The notes: generated by a model not told the origin, from the letters alone. 63,913 nt of DNA, filler included, from Deltaproteobacteria bacterium (GCA_030698575.1; 10 parts of 10 records of this genome joined end to end with filler, not necessarily neighbours in it), one strand, 5' to 3'; positions 38,806-49,641 are shown, numbered from the whole stretch's first letter. A program made the numbers and translations.

Positions 38806-39498
38806 ATGCCCTGCCAACCCGACCGGCATCGTTTTTATCTGCGCAGCGCCCCCGCCGCCCTGCTCCTCGGCCTCGTTGCTTTGCTGGTGTCCGGCTGCGC
38901 GCAGTTCCACCTTTCCGATGGCTCGGGCGGCATTTACGAGCAGGGGCTCCAGGTCTTCTCGTCTCCGCTCGCTCTCTTCCGCAAACCCAAGCCGGAGGTC
39001 CCGCTTCCGGACTCCCTCGCGCTGCAGTCCGGCACGGCGCTGTTCGTCGATAAATCGGCGCGCAAGCTTTACGTGTTCGTCGACCGGAAACTCAAACGCG
39101 AGTACGAGGTGTCGCTCGGCCGGCAGGCCGAGGGGCACAAGCGCTTCGAGGGCGACCGGCGCACGCCCGAGGGGAGCTACCGCGTCACGATGAAGAAGGA
39201 CCGCGGCGAGACGCGCTTTTACCGCGCGCTGCTTCTGAACTATCCGACCACGAGCGACTGGAAGCTCTACCGGCAGGCGCGGGCGGAGGGGATCGTGCCC
39301 GCGGGGCGGGGCATTGGAAACCTGATCGAGGTGCACGGCGGCGGAACGGGCGTGGACTGGACCGACGGCTGCATCGCGCTCGAGAACGACGACATGGATG
39401 ATCTCTTCAAGCGTGTGCGCGTGGGCACGCCGATCGTGATCGTGGGGGATGGCAGCGAGGCGGCACCCTCGATACCCGAGACGTTGCTCAGGCCCTGA
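38806..39498 (+). CDS. L,D-transpeptidase (YkuD) lipoprotein
   Basis: Lipobox LVSGC; EGD.RTPEG; HGG...WTDGC. Confidence 0.88.
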   Translation: MPCQPDRHRFYLRSAPAALLLGLVALLVSGCAQFHLSDGSGGIYEQGLQVFSSPLALFRKPKPEVPLPDSLALQSGTALFVDKSARKLYVFVDRKLKREYEVSLGRQAEGHKRFEGDRRTPEGSYRVTMKKDRGETRFYRALLLNYPTTSDWKLYRQARAEGIVPAGRGIGNLIEVHGGGTGVDWTDGCIALENDDMDDLFKRVRVGTPIVIVGDGSEAAPSIPETLLRP

Positions 39499-39748
39499 AG
39501 ACCGGGGCATAAACTTCTTCGTGCTGCTTAAGACGGGATCTATACTGCAACCCTACGCGCGGGGTATCCAGGCGCTGCCCTTTGGGGCAGTGGAAAAAGC
39601 CTGACCGGTCGGCGGGTTGCTCGTGAGGCCCCAGGCACTGGCCGGCATNNNNNNNNNNNNNNNNNNNNNNNNNNNNNNNNNNNNNNNNNNNNTTAATTAA
39701 TTAANNNNNNNNNNNNNNNNNNNNNNNNNNNNNNNNNNNNNNNNNNNN

Positions 39749-40986
39749 GCGCGGTGCCGGTAGGCCGTTCCGAGATTGGTCTCGACCATGGCGTACGCGA
39801 CCGTCAGGACGGTGGCGAAGCTCAGCAGCGTGGCCGCCGCGCGAAAGTTCGTGCGAAGCGCGTAGCGGATGCCCTGCCAGATGGCGGGCAGCAGGCAGTA
39901 CCACAGCAACATTTCGGGGAAGGTGAGCGCCTGCCGCAGGTTGAAGATCTGCCAGGGCGCGGGCGCCAGCAGGAAATAGGACAGCCCTATCGGCAGGTAT
40001 GCGATCGCAGCGATAGGCGAGGCGATCTCGTGCTCCATGCCGTAGGCCGAGCCACCCGAGGCCATCCCCTCGCGCATCTCATTGACCGTCGCCAGCCCCT
40101 GGTTCTCGACGATGTCACTCCCGAAGCCGTATTCCTGGTAGAGCCCGACGAACCCCAGCATGAGCAGCAGGGCCAGGGCGAGCCCCCTGAAGCTCACGCC
40201 CAGGCGCCCCAGCATCAGGCTTCCCACGAGAGAAACACCCGTGAGCACGAAGAGGTAGCTCCGGAGGGTCCCCAGAAGCGTCATGAAGCCGAGGAGCACG
40301 GCGAAGCGGCCCAGGCTCATGTGTCGCTGGAGCATGAGGGTGTGCCAGAGCACCATGACGATGGCGAACGTGGTGAGGGCGTCCTTCAGGTTGATGCTCG
40401 ACCAGAGCATCAGGCTCGGGAAGAACATCGCGAAAAGCGACGCCCATACCGCCGTCGGCCGGTCGAAGACCTCGCGGCAGAGATAGAAGACGTACAGCGA
40501 GCAGAGGGGACCGATGACGCAGTTCAGGAACGCCGGAACGAGCGGCACGAATCCCCAAAGCCAGTAGATGGCCCCGTTCACGTAGAACCAGCCCACCTGG
40601 TCGGAGTGCGCGATGTAGACCGGATACCCCCCCGTGCCCTTCCAGTAGGAAACCAGCTGCTGGCCCACTTCGTTGTAGCGGCCGTCGTCGAGCGCGAAGC
40701 TCCCGGCGGGGAGCAGATAATGGTTCACCAGCGCAATGATGCACCGGAGAGTGATACCGAGCAGGAATATGGCGCAGAGAAACTGCACGTCCTCGACCCG
40801 GGATCGGGAACGGATGAACAAGAGCCCGCAGAAGGCGCCGACCACCGCCACGATGAATGCGACGGGAATCTGATTGTCCGTTCCGCCGGCGATGAAGCCG
40901 AGGCCGGCGACGAGGAAGGCCGTTGCCAAGGCCGTCCGGACCGCGCCGCGATTTCCTCCGGCAATCCCGTCGAAAAGCTTCCTCAA
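39749..40986 (-). CDS. Polytopic GT-C-like/polymerase-like membrane protein (partial)
   Basis: Many TM segments, LKD and NLGTAYRHR; polysaccharide cluster context. Confidence 0.7.
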
Positions 40987-43511
40987 GATTCTCCCCCCCC
41001 GCTCGCTTCCTGCGACCCCTCGCCCGCTGTCCTATCCTCCAGGATGGCCCTGGCGCTCGATGTGAGGCCGCGCTCCAGATAGAGATCAATCAGCAGGTCA
41101 TGGCAGGCCCGGTTTCCCGGACGTGCCGCAGACAGTCCGCGGCAGGTTTCGACCGCCTGGTTCCAGTTCCCCGCGCGGCGATGCGCGCGCGCCAGCTCCA
41201 CGCGGGCCTCTGCATTACCCGGAGCGGCCTCGCTCACCCGGGCCCAGGCGCTGATTGCGTCCTCAGGCCGTCCGCGCTGCGTCGCAACCTCCGCGAGCCC
41301 GCGTGCGGCCCCCAGATCGCCGGGCCGGAGGGCAAGAATCGACTCGTACGCCTCGCCCGCGGCGGCCGGCTTCCCCGAAGCCATCAGCGCCCCGGCCAGA
41401 ACTCGCATCGCAGGGACATGGCGGGCGTCGCGCCCGACGGCTTCTCGCGCCAGCACCAGGGCCGCGGCATGGCGTCCGCCGGCGAGGGCGATTCTTGCGC
41501 GGGCCGCGAGCGGTTCGGCCATGGCGGGATCCAGCGCGGCGGCCTCGGCGAATGCGGCGTCGGCCGCCTCTGCCCTGCCCTTCGTATCGAGAAACTCGCC
41601 CAGATAAATCAGCGCCGGGGGCGACGAAGGCGTGACGGAACGCGCAAGGATCGGATCGGCGGTCACCTCCCACAGAAGCGGGAGCACCCGCGAGAGGCCG
41701 CGCGCATCCGCAGCCACCGAGGCCTCGAGATCCACAAGCGCCTCAGCTCTTAGCCCTTCGGCCAGGCGGAAACGCGCCCGGGCTTCGCGTGCGGCGCCCG
41801 CCCTGGGATCCAGGCGGACGGCGTCGTCAAGCGCCGCCGACGCAACCGGGCGCTCACCGCGCGCCTCGGCCACGAACGCCAGCGCAAGGTACGAGGAGGC
41901 ATCCCGCGGATTCAGCTTCACGGCGGACGCAAAAGCCGCCCCGGCCTCGCGCAGGGCAAGATGGCCGCCCTGCCCGCTCTGCCTCGACTCGAGAATCATC
42001 CTTCCAAGAAAGCCATGCGCCCCGGCGGAACCCGGATCGAGCGCCGTTGCACGGCGCCCAAGTTCGACTGCCCGTTCGGGCGCCAGGGCCGAGAGCGATG
42101 CTTCGGCCTCGGCGATGGCCGCCGCCGCCCGCGCGTCACGCAGAGTGAAAATCGAGAAAGAGACCGTCACCAGCAAACAGGCGGCCGCCCCCATCGCCGG
42201 GGCCATCCCCCTCGGCCGGAGGGCCGGAACTGACCCCCGGCGTCCCATCCCCGCGGAGGCGGTGATGAGCCCGGCGTAGAGCCCCCAGAGCCACAGAAGC
42301 GGCGCCATCTGAAGCGGCGAGTCGACGAGCGCGTGGGCGCCGAGGGCGACAAGGCCCGACAGCCCCGCCGCCGCCGAAGCCACTGCAACGCGATCGTTGC
42401 GCGTCCGGGATGTCACGATCGCCTGCCGCGCGAACGTCACGGCCGCGCCCAGTGCGAGAAGAGGAAAGGCCCAGCCCATTTCCAGCGATCCTTCAACCCA
42501 GTCGTTGTGGGCGTGCTCGACCCGATAGGGCACGTCGACCCCGCGATGCGCCGGATAGACCCAGGGAAAAGTCCCGAGCCCCCAGCCTGCGGCGCCCCCT
42601 GAACCGATTGCATCGACCGTGCTCTTCCAGATTGAGATCCGGAAACCCATGGAGCTCTCGCTCGTCCCCTCCGGCGGCTTGAAACGCGAAAGAACCTCCG
42701 CGTGGCCGAGCGACAGACCTCCGAGAAGCGTCAGCGCCAGTGCGGCTGCGCGTCCGCGTTTTCGCCACCGGCCCGCGTCCTTCCCCTTCGCGAGGCTCAC
42801 GCAGAGCGCGAGCGATCCCAGGCCGGCGATCGCCGCCAGCAGCCCACCCCGTGAGCCGGTCGCCAGCAGACCCGCCAGGCAGACGGCGACCCCGGCCGCC
42901 TGCAGGAGGGCGCCGATACGGGAGGCGGGTTGCTTCCCCAGGAAGAGCACGCCGGCCAGGGCGACGGGGAGGATCGAGGCCAGCAGGGCCGCAAGATGGT
43001 TCGGATTGATGAAAGGGCCGCCCGTGTGTGGCGCGTCTCCTGGATGGCCTGTGAGCGCGCCCGGGATGCCGGCCGTCATCGGTTCGATGTGAATCAGCGC
43101 CAGAACCGCGGCCGCGGCGCCCAGGAGCACGAGGCCCGTGCGCAATCGCTCGCTGGCTGCGCGGCTGGCGGAGGCCACAAGCGTCGTTGCGTAGACGCCC
43201 GCCGCGCCCACAATGATCGCGAGCCGGAGAATGGCGGCGTGGGTATAGAAGGCGTGGAGCGCGGCCACACCCGCCAGCGCGAGGAGGCCTGACACCAGGA
43301 GTCCCGATCGGCCGGGCCGGCGAAGCGCCGGAAACGAGAGGGTGTCGCCCAGGGCGAAGGCGCATGCGGTTGCGAAGCCGAGGAGCATCCCCGCGCCTGC
43401 AAGCGGCGCCGCGGCCGCGCCGCCGCAGCCGAGAACCGCCACGGCGATGGCAAGGAGCAACGCCGACCCTAGGATCGTGGCGTGGCGCGCCCGGCGCTTT
43501 GCTCGTTCCAA
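40983..43511 (-). CDS. O-antigen ligase-family protein with TPR C-terminus
   Basis: NPNHLA, TGSRGG, GWGLGTF and HAHND motifs; TPR repeats. Confidence 0.85.
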   Translation of the reverse strand: MERAKRRARHATILGSALLLAIAVAVLGCGGAAAAPLAGAGMLLGFATACAFALGDTLSFPALRRPGRSGLLVSGLLALAGVAALHAFYTHAAILRLAIIVGAAGVYATTLVASASRAASERLRTGLVLLGAAAAVLALIHIEPMTAGIPGALTGHPGDAPHTGGPFINPNHLAALLASILPVALAGVLFLGKQPASRIGALLQAAGVAVCLAGLLATGSRGGLLAAIAGLGSLALCVSLAKGKDAGRWRKRGRAAALALTLLGGLSLGHAEVLSRFKPPEGTSESSMGFRISIWKSTVDAIGSGGAAGWGLGTFPWVYPAHRGVDVPYRVEHAHNDWVEGSLEMGWAFPLLALGAAVTFARQAIVTSRTRNDRVAVASAAAGLSGLVALGAHALVDSPLQMAPLLWLWGLYAGLITASAGMGRRGSVPALRPRGMAPAMGAAACLLVTVSFSIFTLRDARAAAAIAEAEASLSALAPERAVELGRRATALDPGSAGAHGFLGRMILESRQSGQGGHLALREAGAAFASAVKLNPRDASSYLALAFVAEARGERPVASAALDDAVRLDPRAGAAREARARFRLAEGLRAEALVDLEASVAADARGLSRVLPLLWEVTADPILARSVTPSSPPALIYLGEFLDTKGRAEAADAAFAEAAALDPAMAEPLAARARIALAGGRHAAALVLAREAVGRDARHVPAMRVLAGALMASGKPAAAGEAYESILALRPGDLGAARGLAEVATQRGRPEDAISAWARVSEAAPGNAEARVELARAHRRAGNWNQAVETCRGLSAARPGNRACHDLLIDLYLERGLTSSARAILEDRTAGEGSQEASGGGES

Positions 43512-43544
43512 GACCTTCCCCCCGCTTACCTCCGGAATGCTTGG

Positions 43545-45443
43545 CTAGACTGCCGCCCCCGGCTGTTGGGCCGTTTCCTGCCCCGAGGCGTACTGCTGAT
43601 ACTGGTAGTAGTAGCCAAGGCGCTCGCGCCGGCTCTTGTTGATCACGACCCCCAGAATCCGCCCCTGCGACTTTTCGATCTGCTCCTTCGCGCGCTGGAT
43701 CGGTCGCCATTCGAACTTGCCCGCCTCCACGACGAGCACCGTTCCGTCGACCAGCCCAGCGAGGATGGAGGCATCGATGACCGAGCCGATTGGAGGTGAA
43801 TCCAACACGACGTAGTCAAAGCGCTCATGGAGCTGCTTCAGCACCTCCCGCAGGCGGTCGGAATCGAGCAGCTCGGCCGGATTTGGCGGAAGCGATCCGC
43901 GCGGTATCACGAACAGATTCTTGATGGCGGTCGGCTGTATCACTTCGTCGAGCTCCGATTCGCCAACGAGCACCTCGACCATTCCTTTCCCGTTCTTCAG
44001 GCCGAACACCTTGTGCAGCCTCGGCTTGCGGAAATCCGAGTCGACCAGCACGGTCCGCTTCATGCCGCTGGCAAGCGTGATTCCAAGGTTCGCCGAGACA
44101 GTGCTCTTCCCCTCCTCCGGACCGGTGCTCGTGACGAGAAGGGTTTTAGGAACGCCGTCGGGCCGGGAGAACTTCAGGTTCGTCCGGAGGGTCCGGAACA
44201 TCTCACTCTCGGGCGACGAGGGGTGCTGGGCAGAAATCAAGAAAGGGTTGCCCAGCCGGTCCTTCTCGTCCAACTGGATGATCGACGCGAGCACCGGCGT
44301 CTTGAGGAAACGCTCGGCGTCCTCGGGCGTCTGCACGGTGCGATCGAAGATCTCCAGATAGAGGACGAGTCCGATTCCCAGCAGGACACCCAGCAGCCCA
44401 CCGATGGTAATGTTGCGCCTGGTGTTCGGGCTTATCGGTCTCGACGGGATCTGCGCGTATTCGACGATCGACACGTTGTTGTCCGCCAGGCCACCGGTGA
44501 GATCCATCTCCTTCAGCTTCTTCATGAGAAGGATCATCATTTCCTTGTTGAGCTCCGATTCGCGCCGCTTGATGTTGTACTGAATGAGCTGCTTGTTCTG
44601 CGCCGAGTTCTCCACCATGTCTTCTGAGATCTTGCCCCTCAGCGTCTCGACCTCAGTGCGCTTCGCGACAACCTTCGGGTGTTTGTCGAGGTATCGCTGC
44701 AGCAGGCCGTTCAGCTCCATCTCAGCCGCTGCGAGCTGGTTCGAGAGCGCCTGAACGGTAGAGGTCTGCGACGCCATCCCCTCCTCCCCGCGTCCGGCGC
44801 CGGAGTCGGATGCCAGGCCTGTCGTCGGGTCAATGTTTGTTTCCTGGAGGTAGTCGATCAGCTCCTCGTCGAGCCCCCGGATCTTCCCCTCCAGGGTCGC
44901 CAGCTCTTCGGTCAGCCAGGCGACCGAGCGCCGGGTGGTCTCGAGTTTTCTTTCCTGATTCATCTCGATGTAGACCTCGGCCACCGTGTTCGCGATGCTG
45001 CTGGCGAGTTCCGCGTTCGGGCCCACGACGTTGATGTCGAACAGCCGTGTGTCCGGAATCCGATCGACCATGATCGAGTTCTTCACCCGCATGGCGGCGC
45101 CGCGCAGGGCTTCAGGCGAAGCATCGTCCGGGGCAAGCTTCAGTCTGCCCACCACTCGCTCGGCCACCGGATCGCTCTTGATCACGTGAATCTGCGTCTC
45201 GAAGGAGAGCCGCTCGGCGAAGTAACTCTCGTAAGGATTGGTCTGCTCGGGCAGGAGCGCGCGCACCAGGGTCTGCCCCATGATGATGCGGCTGGTGGCC
45301 CGGTAGACGGCCTGCTGCTTCCAGGTAAGCAGCCAGGCAACCGCGAGCACACCTGCAGCGCAAGCCAGAACGAAGCGCCAGCGTCGCAGCAGAATAGAAA
45401 CGAAGTCAGCTATGTGGGCGCCTTCCTCGAACTGGAATCGCAT
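43545..45443 (-). CDS. wzc: Polysaccharide co-polymerase/tyrosine autokinase (Wzc-like)
   Basis: EMFRTLRTNL, EGKST, DSDFRKP, DSPP and a Tyr-rich tail. Confidence 0.92.
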   Translation of the reverse strand: MRFQFEEGAHIADFVSILLRRWRFVLACAAGVLAVAWLLTWKQQAVYRATSRIIMGQTLVRALLPEQTNPYESYFAERLSFETQIHVIKSDPVAERVVGRLKLAPDDASPEALRGAAMRVKNSIMVDRIPDTRLFDINVVGPNAELASSIANTVAEVYIEMNQERKLETTRRSVAWLTEELATLEGKIRGLDEELIDYLQETNIDPTTGLASDSGAGRGEEGMASQTSTVQALSNQLAAAEMELNGLLQRYLDKHPKVVAKRTEVETLRGKISEDMVENSAQNKQLIQYNIKRRESELNKEMMILLMKKLKEMDLTGGLADNNVSIVEYAQIPSRPISPNTRRNITIGGLLGVLLGIGLVLYLEIFDRTVQTPEDAERFLKTPVLASIIQLDEKDRLGNPFLISAQHPSSPESEMFRTLRTNLKFSRPDGVPKTLLVTSTGPEEGKSTVSANLGITLASGMKRTVLVDSDFRKPRLHKVFGLKNGKGMVEVLVGESELDEVIQPTAIKNLFVIPRGSLPPNPAELLDSDRLREVLKQLHERFDYVVLDSPPIGSVIDASILAGLVDGTVLVVEAGKFEWRPIQRAKEQIEKSQGRILGVVINKSRRERLGYYYQYQQYASGQETAQQPGAAV

Positions 45444-45458
45444 GGTTGGTCGTTCCTC

Positions 45459-46583
45459 CTAGAAGAAGCTCTTCGGGACCACGATCACGTCTCCTGGGAG
45501 CAGATCCACGTCCAGCGATCGATCTCCCTTTTCCATCACGTCGCCCATCTTCACGGTCTTCTCTTCCTTCTGGCCATCCTTGTCGCGCACGAGCTTGGTC
45601 TTGTTCGAGCGCGCGTATTCGCTGAAGCCGCCCGCGTCGAGAATGGCGGTCATGGCCGAGATCCCCTCCTTGTATTTGTAGGCCCCGGGGTTCTTGACCT
45701 CACCGAGCACGAAATAGCTGCGGTCCTCGCTGCCGAGAGCACCGCGTTCGGTCTCATCCTTCGGATGCACGTAGATGACGTCGCCGTTTTCCACCTGCCG
45801 GTTTTGACTGACGTCGCCCTTGACGAGCAGATCGTCCAGCCGGACGGTCACCCCCTGGACGCGCTCGCCGCCGCTGGCACCAGTCTGAAGCAGCGTGCAC
45901 TCGCTCCCCGCATCGCGGGTGAGGCCGCCCGCGTCGAGCAGCAGCTTGAGCAGATCGGTCGGCCCCCGGAGCGCGTAGACCCCCGGACGCATGATCGAGC
46001 CGTGAACGGAGACCTTCTGCGACTGGTAGTCGACCACCTCGACGGTTACGCGCGGATCACGCAGATACCCCTGGGCGAGCGCGTCGCGCAAAACATCGGC
46101 AATCTGCTTGGTGGAGTGCCCTGCAACGCCCACTTCACCCACGAGGTAGTGGTGGACAGTGCCGTCGGGTCCCACCTTGAACTCCCCGCTGACATCGGGC
46201 TCCTGCCAGACGGTGATCTGCAACACATCGCCGGGCCCGACGGTGTACCCCTCGGGGGAATCGGTTGAAGCCAGTCCGACGCTGGCGCGGGCGGGTGCCT
46301 GCCCGGCCCCGGGAGGCGGGGAGATCTCGGTCACGGGCCCGCCGGGCGCGGCTGACCCGGCCGCCTCCTGCGGGATTGCCCCCGGCGGTGTCTCCGCCTC
46401 GGCCGCGCGCGGCGTGGGGGAGCCGAAGGGTGACTGGACGGGATCGGGCCGCGCGGTCGAGAGTGCCGGCCCCGTTGCCCCTGCCTGTTGTGCGACGGCG
46501 GTTCCGCCGTGCGCCACGAGCAGGAGCGCCGTCAGTGCGCAGAGAAGCGATTCAAATTCGGGCCGATTCAGCTTCCAGGTCAT
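45459..46583 (-). CDS. wza: OPX polysaccharide export protein (Poly_export plus SLBB domains)
   Basis: YTVGPGDVL, GEVKNPG and GDVIVVP motifs. Confidence 0.9.
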   Translation of the reverse strand: MTWKLNRPEFESLLCALTALLLVAHGGTAVAQQAGATGPALSTARPDPVQSPFGSPTPRAAEAETPPGAIPQEAAGSAAPGGPVTEISPPPGAGQAPARASVGLASTDSPEGYTVGPGDVLQITVWQEPDVSGEFKVGPDGTVHHYLVGEVGVAGHSTKQIADVLRDALAQGYLRDPRVTVEVVDYQSQKVSVHGSIMRPGVYALRGPTDLLKLLLDAGGLTRDAGSECTLLQTGASGGERVQGVTVRLDDLLVKGDVSQNRQVENGDVIYVHPKDETERGALGSEDRSYFVLGEVKNPGAYKYKEGISAMTAILDAGGFSEYARSNKTKLVRDKDGQKEEKTVKMGDVMEKGDRSLDVDLLPGDVIVVPKSFF

Positions 46584-46651
46584 TTTCCCCCCGCGGTGCG
46601 TTGAAACCGTTCATCGGGTTCCGGGTCTCTCCGAGATCCGGAACCGCGTCC

Positions 46652-47794
46652 TCAGAAATCGTAGCGAAGCCCGATGGTCGCCCGGAGCCCCTCGAAGTCG
46701 TCCGTCTCGAGTGTGCCCGCGTTCTGGCGGTAGCCCACGCCGGTGATGATCGACGTTCTCGGACGGAGCTTGTGCTCCAGGCTGAGGTCTCCCCCGAAAT
46801 AGTTGTTGTCGGGCGAAGCCGATCCTCCGTCGTCGAAGAGCGTGTAGAACGAGCTCAGCCGAAGAAGGCTCCTTGGAGAGATCTCCCGTTCGAGGCCGAG
46901 GTTCGCGCGGTTCTGCCGGAACAGATTCCCGAAGACGTCGCTCGTGAAAATCTGGTCGTAGCCGACGGTCGCACGGGTCCGGTGATTCGGCGTGTAGGTG
47001 ATCGACGCCTCGATGACGCTCCCGTTCTGGTTTCCCAAATCGTCGAACTTGATCCAGTTGTAGCCCCCCGACAGGTTCACGGAGAATCGCCGTCCGAGCC
47101 TGAGACGCATGCCTATCTGTGAAAGCAGGCCGTTGAAGCTCGCGGCGCTGTCTTCTTTGTACTCCCGGCTCGTGAACTCCTGGGACGTGTAGACCAGGAT
47201 GCGCTCGGTCATCTCCCGATCGAGATACAGGTTCGCCCGGGACTCGCCAAAGTTCGGAAGCTCCCCCTCTTCAGAGTCCTCGCCCAGGAAGTCCGTCTGC
47301 CCGTAGAGAAGCTCCATTCTGGCGTGGCTTCTCGACCCGATGTCGCTCCGGAGCACGGGGCCGACCCACCAGCTGTTCGACTGGACGAGGTTCGTGGAGA
47401 TATCCTCGGGCTGTCCCACCCTCTCGTTCACATAGGTGAACAGGTCTTCCGCCTTGAGTGAGAGATGAGGCGTAAGGCGGTACTCCAGCACCGCCCGCTC
47501 GTGGAAAAACTGCCCGTTCAGATCCTCGTTTTTCCCGTAAACGAAGAAGCTGGCGCCGGACTCGGAGTCGAAGTCGGTCCGGTTGCCGCGATAGCTCAGC
47601 GTCACCAGCGGCGCGATCGTCGTGAAGAAGTCCCCCACCTTTCCGCGCCGCTCGAGGTAAGCGTTGTTGTCGTAGGTCTCCCGGAGCTCGAAGCTCCCGT
47701 TGACCTGCACTCGTCCCGCGTCCGCTTCAGGCGGGATCAGCGCCGTCATGCCCCAGAGGAGCGCGGTCAGGAGGATGGCGAGTGAGAAGCGCAT
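46652..47794 (-). CDS. Outer-membrane beta-barrel protein of the polysaccharide cluster
   Basis: Signal peptide, amphipathic beta strands, terminal Y-x-F. Confidence 0.8.
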   Translation of the reverse strand: MRFSLAILLTALLWGMTALIPPEADAGRVQVNGSFELRETYDNNAYLERRGKVGDFFTTIAPLVTLSYRGNRTDFDSESGASFFVYGKNEDLNGQFFHERAVLEYRLTPHLSLKAEDLFTYVNERVGQPEDISTNLVQSNSWWVGPVLRSDIGSRSHARMELLYGQTDFLGEDSEEGELPNFGESRANLYLDREMTERILVYTSQEFTSREYKEDSAASFNGLLSQIGMRLRLGRRFSVNLSGGYNWIKFDDLGNQNGSVIEASITYTPNHRTRATVGYDQIFTSDVFGNLFRQNRANLGLEREISPRSLLRLSSFYTLFDDGGSASPDNNYFGGDLSLEHKLRPRTSIITGVGYRQNAGTLETDDFEGLRATIGLRYDF

Positions 47795-47864
47795 GTCGTT
47801 TCTTCGTCCGTTCATCTATGAGCTGATGCCAGTTGGCGTCCGTCGCACGTCGTGCGTCGCGCCC

Positions 47865-49238
47865 CTAGGGGCTGATTGACGTCTCGGGCGCCGTGGGGTA
47901 GACCAGCCCCGGAGACGTGCCGGGAAAGGGCCCCGATCCCGGCCCGATGCCCGCGCCGGGCTGCGTGTAAAAACCCGCCACAAGCGTGTTCACCCGTTCC
48001 TGGAAACGGGCGTTTTCGGTGTTGTCCATCGCGGCCGCCATGCTCACGACCGCCTCCGGGTCGGATTCGTGAAAACCGAGGTCTTCGAGAAGCATGAGAG
48101 AAGCCTCCGGACTCGGATCGCGATAGATCAGCCTCAGCACGTCGAGGCCGGCGCCGGCGTCCAGCCGAACATCGAGGCCCTGCGCCCCGCCGCCGAGCGG
48201 CAGCGTCGCCAGATCATTCCAGACGAGGCGGTCCGAAGGATCGGGCGCCCTCCAGGCGCGCTCGACCGAATCATTCAGAAGGAGCCGCCCGCCCCCGGCG
48301 CCCGTCACCCGGGCAAGGAGCGTGTAGGTCCCCGGTTGCGGCACCTCCACCCGGTAGAGCATCCGAGAACCGCTTCCGGCCCCCTTCACCAGGGCCCCCT
48401 CGGAGGGTTTGTCGCGCGTTCCCTCGTTCGTCTGCTGGCCCGGCAAAGGGTCGGCGTCATACCGCTCCCCCTCGCGCTGCACCCGCCATTTCGAGATGTC
48501 CGGCAACTCGTGCTCGAGCTGCATGGCCTGAACCATCGTGACGGCCTTGACCCCGAAGGTGAGCGCCTCGCCGGGATGCCAGCCACCCGGCGGAAGAACG
48601 TGAGGGAAAGGCTGCCTGAGCAGTTCGAACCGGCCCAGGGCGCCGCCCAGCGGAATCTCGACGGTGACCTCGTGGTCCCCCGCGGAGAGCAGGAAGTAGC
48701 CGAGGAGATCCCCCTTTTCCTTTTCCGCCCCCAGCGACTCCATCGTTCCGGACGGCCGGCCGAGGCGAACTTCGTTTTCATCCATTCGCCAGCGCTGAAG
48801 CTCGCCGGCGCCCGTGAAACGCAGGGCGTAGATACCGGGCTGCGGAATCCGAACCAGGTAGCGGCCACTGGCCGTTTCGTTACCCGCACGGACCCCGGCT
48901 TTCCCGTCGCCGCCGTCCGCGGGGACGCTTTGCGCCTCGGCCGGGAACGGTTTTGCGGAAGCGGCCCACACGCGAATGGCGGGAGCCGGCGTTCCGGATA
49001 GAAATTCCATGAGAGCCGCGTCGTCCTGCCCCGACGGATCAACCGCCTCCGAAAGCCCCATGGCGTCGACGAGGAGACGCGCCCATGCGGCTTGCGTGAT
49101 CGGGCCCGCCGAGGCGCGCTCTGCCCCGAGCAGGATGAAAACGGCCGGAAGCAGCGCCAGAATTGCGGCGACAACCCTGAGAGCCGGGATGCGACGCGCG
49201 CCGCCGCGAATGCGGCCGCCGAAAGTCGATGCGTCCAC
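47865..49238 (-). CDS. Secreted protein with SLH-like and CBM-like repeats
   Basis: ITQAAWARLLVDAMGL; two P..G.Y.L..R beta-sandwich repeats. Confidence 0.55.
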   Translation of the reverse strand: MDASTFGGRIRGGARRIPALRVVAAILALLPAVFILLGAERASAGPITQAAWARLLVDAMGLSEAVDPSGQDDAALMEFLSGTPAPAIRVWAASAKPFPAEAQSVPADGGDGKAGVRAGNETASGRYLVRIPQPGIYALRFTGAGELQRWRMDENEVRLGRPSGTMESLGAEKEKGDLLGYFLLSAGDHEVTVEIPLGGALGRFELLRQPFPHVLPPGGWHPGEALTFGVKAVTMVQAMQLEHELPDISKWRVQREGERYDADPLPGQQTNEGTRDKPSEGALVKGAGSGSRMLYRVEVPQPGTYTLLARVTGAGGGRLLLNDSVERAWRAPDPSDRLVWNDLATLPLGGGAQGLDVRLDAGAGLDVLRLIYRDPSPEASLMLLEDLGFHESDPEAVVSMAAAMDNTENARFQERVNTLVAGFYTQPGAGIGPGSGPFPGTSPGLVYPTAPETSISP

Positions 49239-49429
49239 TATTCCCCCCCTTTCGCTGCGCCCTTGCTCCGGTGCTTCTGGATGAGGGCCTCGATATCGCG
49301 GCGGCTGAAGCGCCACTGCTTGCCGATCTTGGAGGCCGGGAGCTTCCCCTCCCGGGCGAGCCGGTAGACGGTCTGCTCGTTGAGTTTCAGGTACCGCGCG
49401 ACCTCACGCACGCTGAGGACGTTATTCAT
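49238..49429 (-). CDS. Excisionase-like HTH_17 DNA-binding protein
   Basis: EVARYLKL...TVYRLAREGKLPASKIGKQWRF. Confidence 0.88.
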   Translation of the reverse strand: MNNVLSVREVARYLKLNEQTVYRLAREGKLPASKIGKQWRFSRRDIEALIQKHRSKGAAKGGE

Positions 49430-49613
49430 AGGGACGGATTCCTGTAGGCGGGGAAAGTCGTGAAAAGGCAGCCCCCCCCGAAGAAGCCACCGTGCCAGGT
49501 ATCTTTTTCGGGACTTCCTTGAGCAGACTTGAGCGGTAACGCACTCTGGTGATCAGGAGCGCGCTTTGTGCCGGATCTGTGGGGTTCCGGGGCTTCCCCG
49601 GGATCCCGGGGGC

Positions 49614-49641
49614 AAAAAAAGACCCCTCAGGCGAGGGGTCT
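49614..49641 (-). terminator. Intrinsic terminator after glpX
   Basis: GACCCCTC-GCCT-GAGGGGTC-T7. Confidence 0.8.

Noticed and set aside
49238-49429. Excisionase implying a prophage or ICE
   Set aside because: No integrase or phage genes nearby; stand-alone HTH_17 regulators are common
49482-49497. sigma54-like TGGCACG upstream of the EPS operon
   Set aside because: The -12 element reads TC rather than GC; too weak to call
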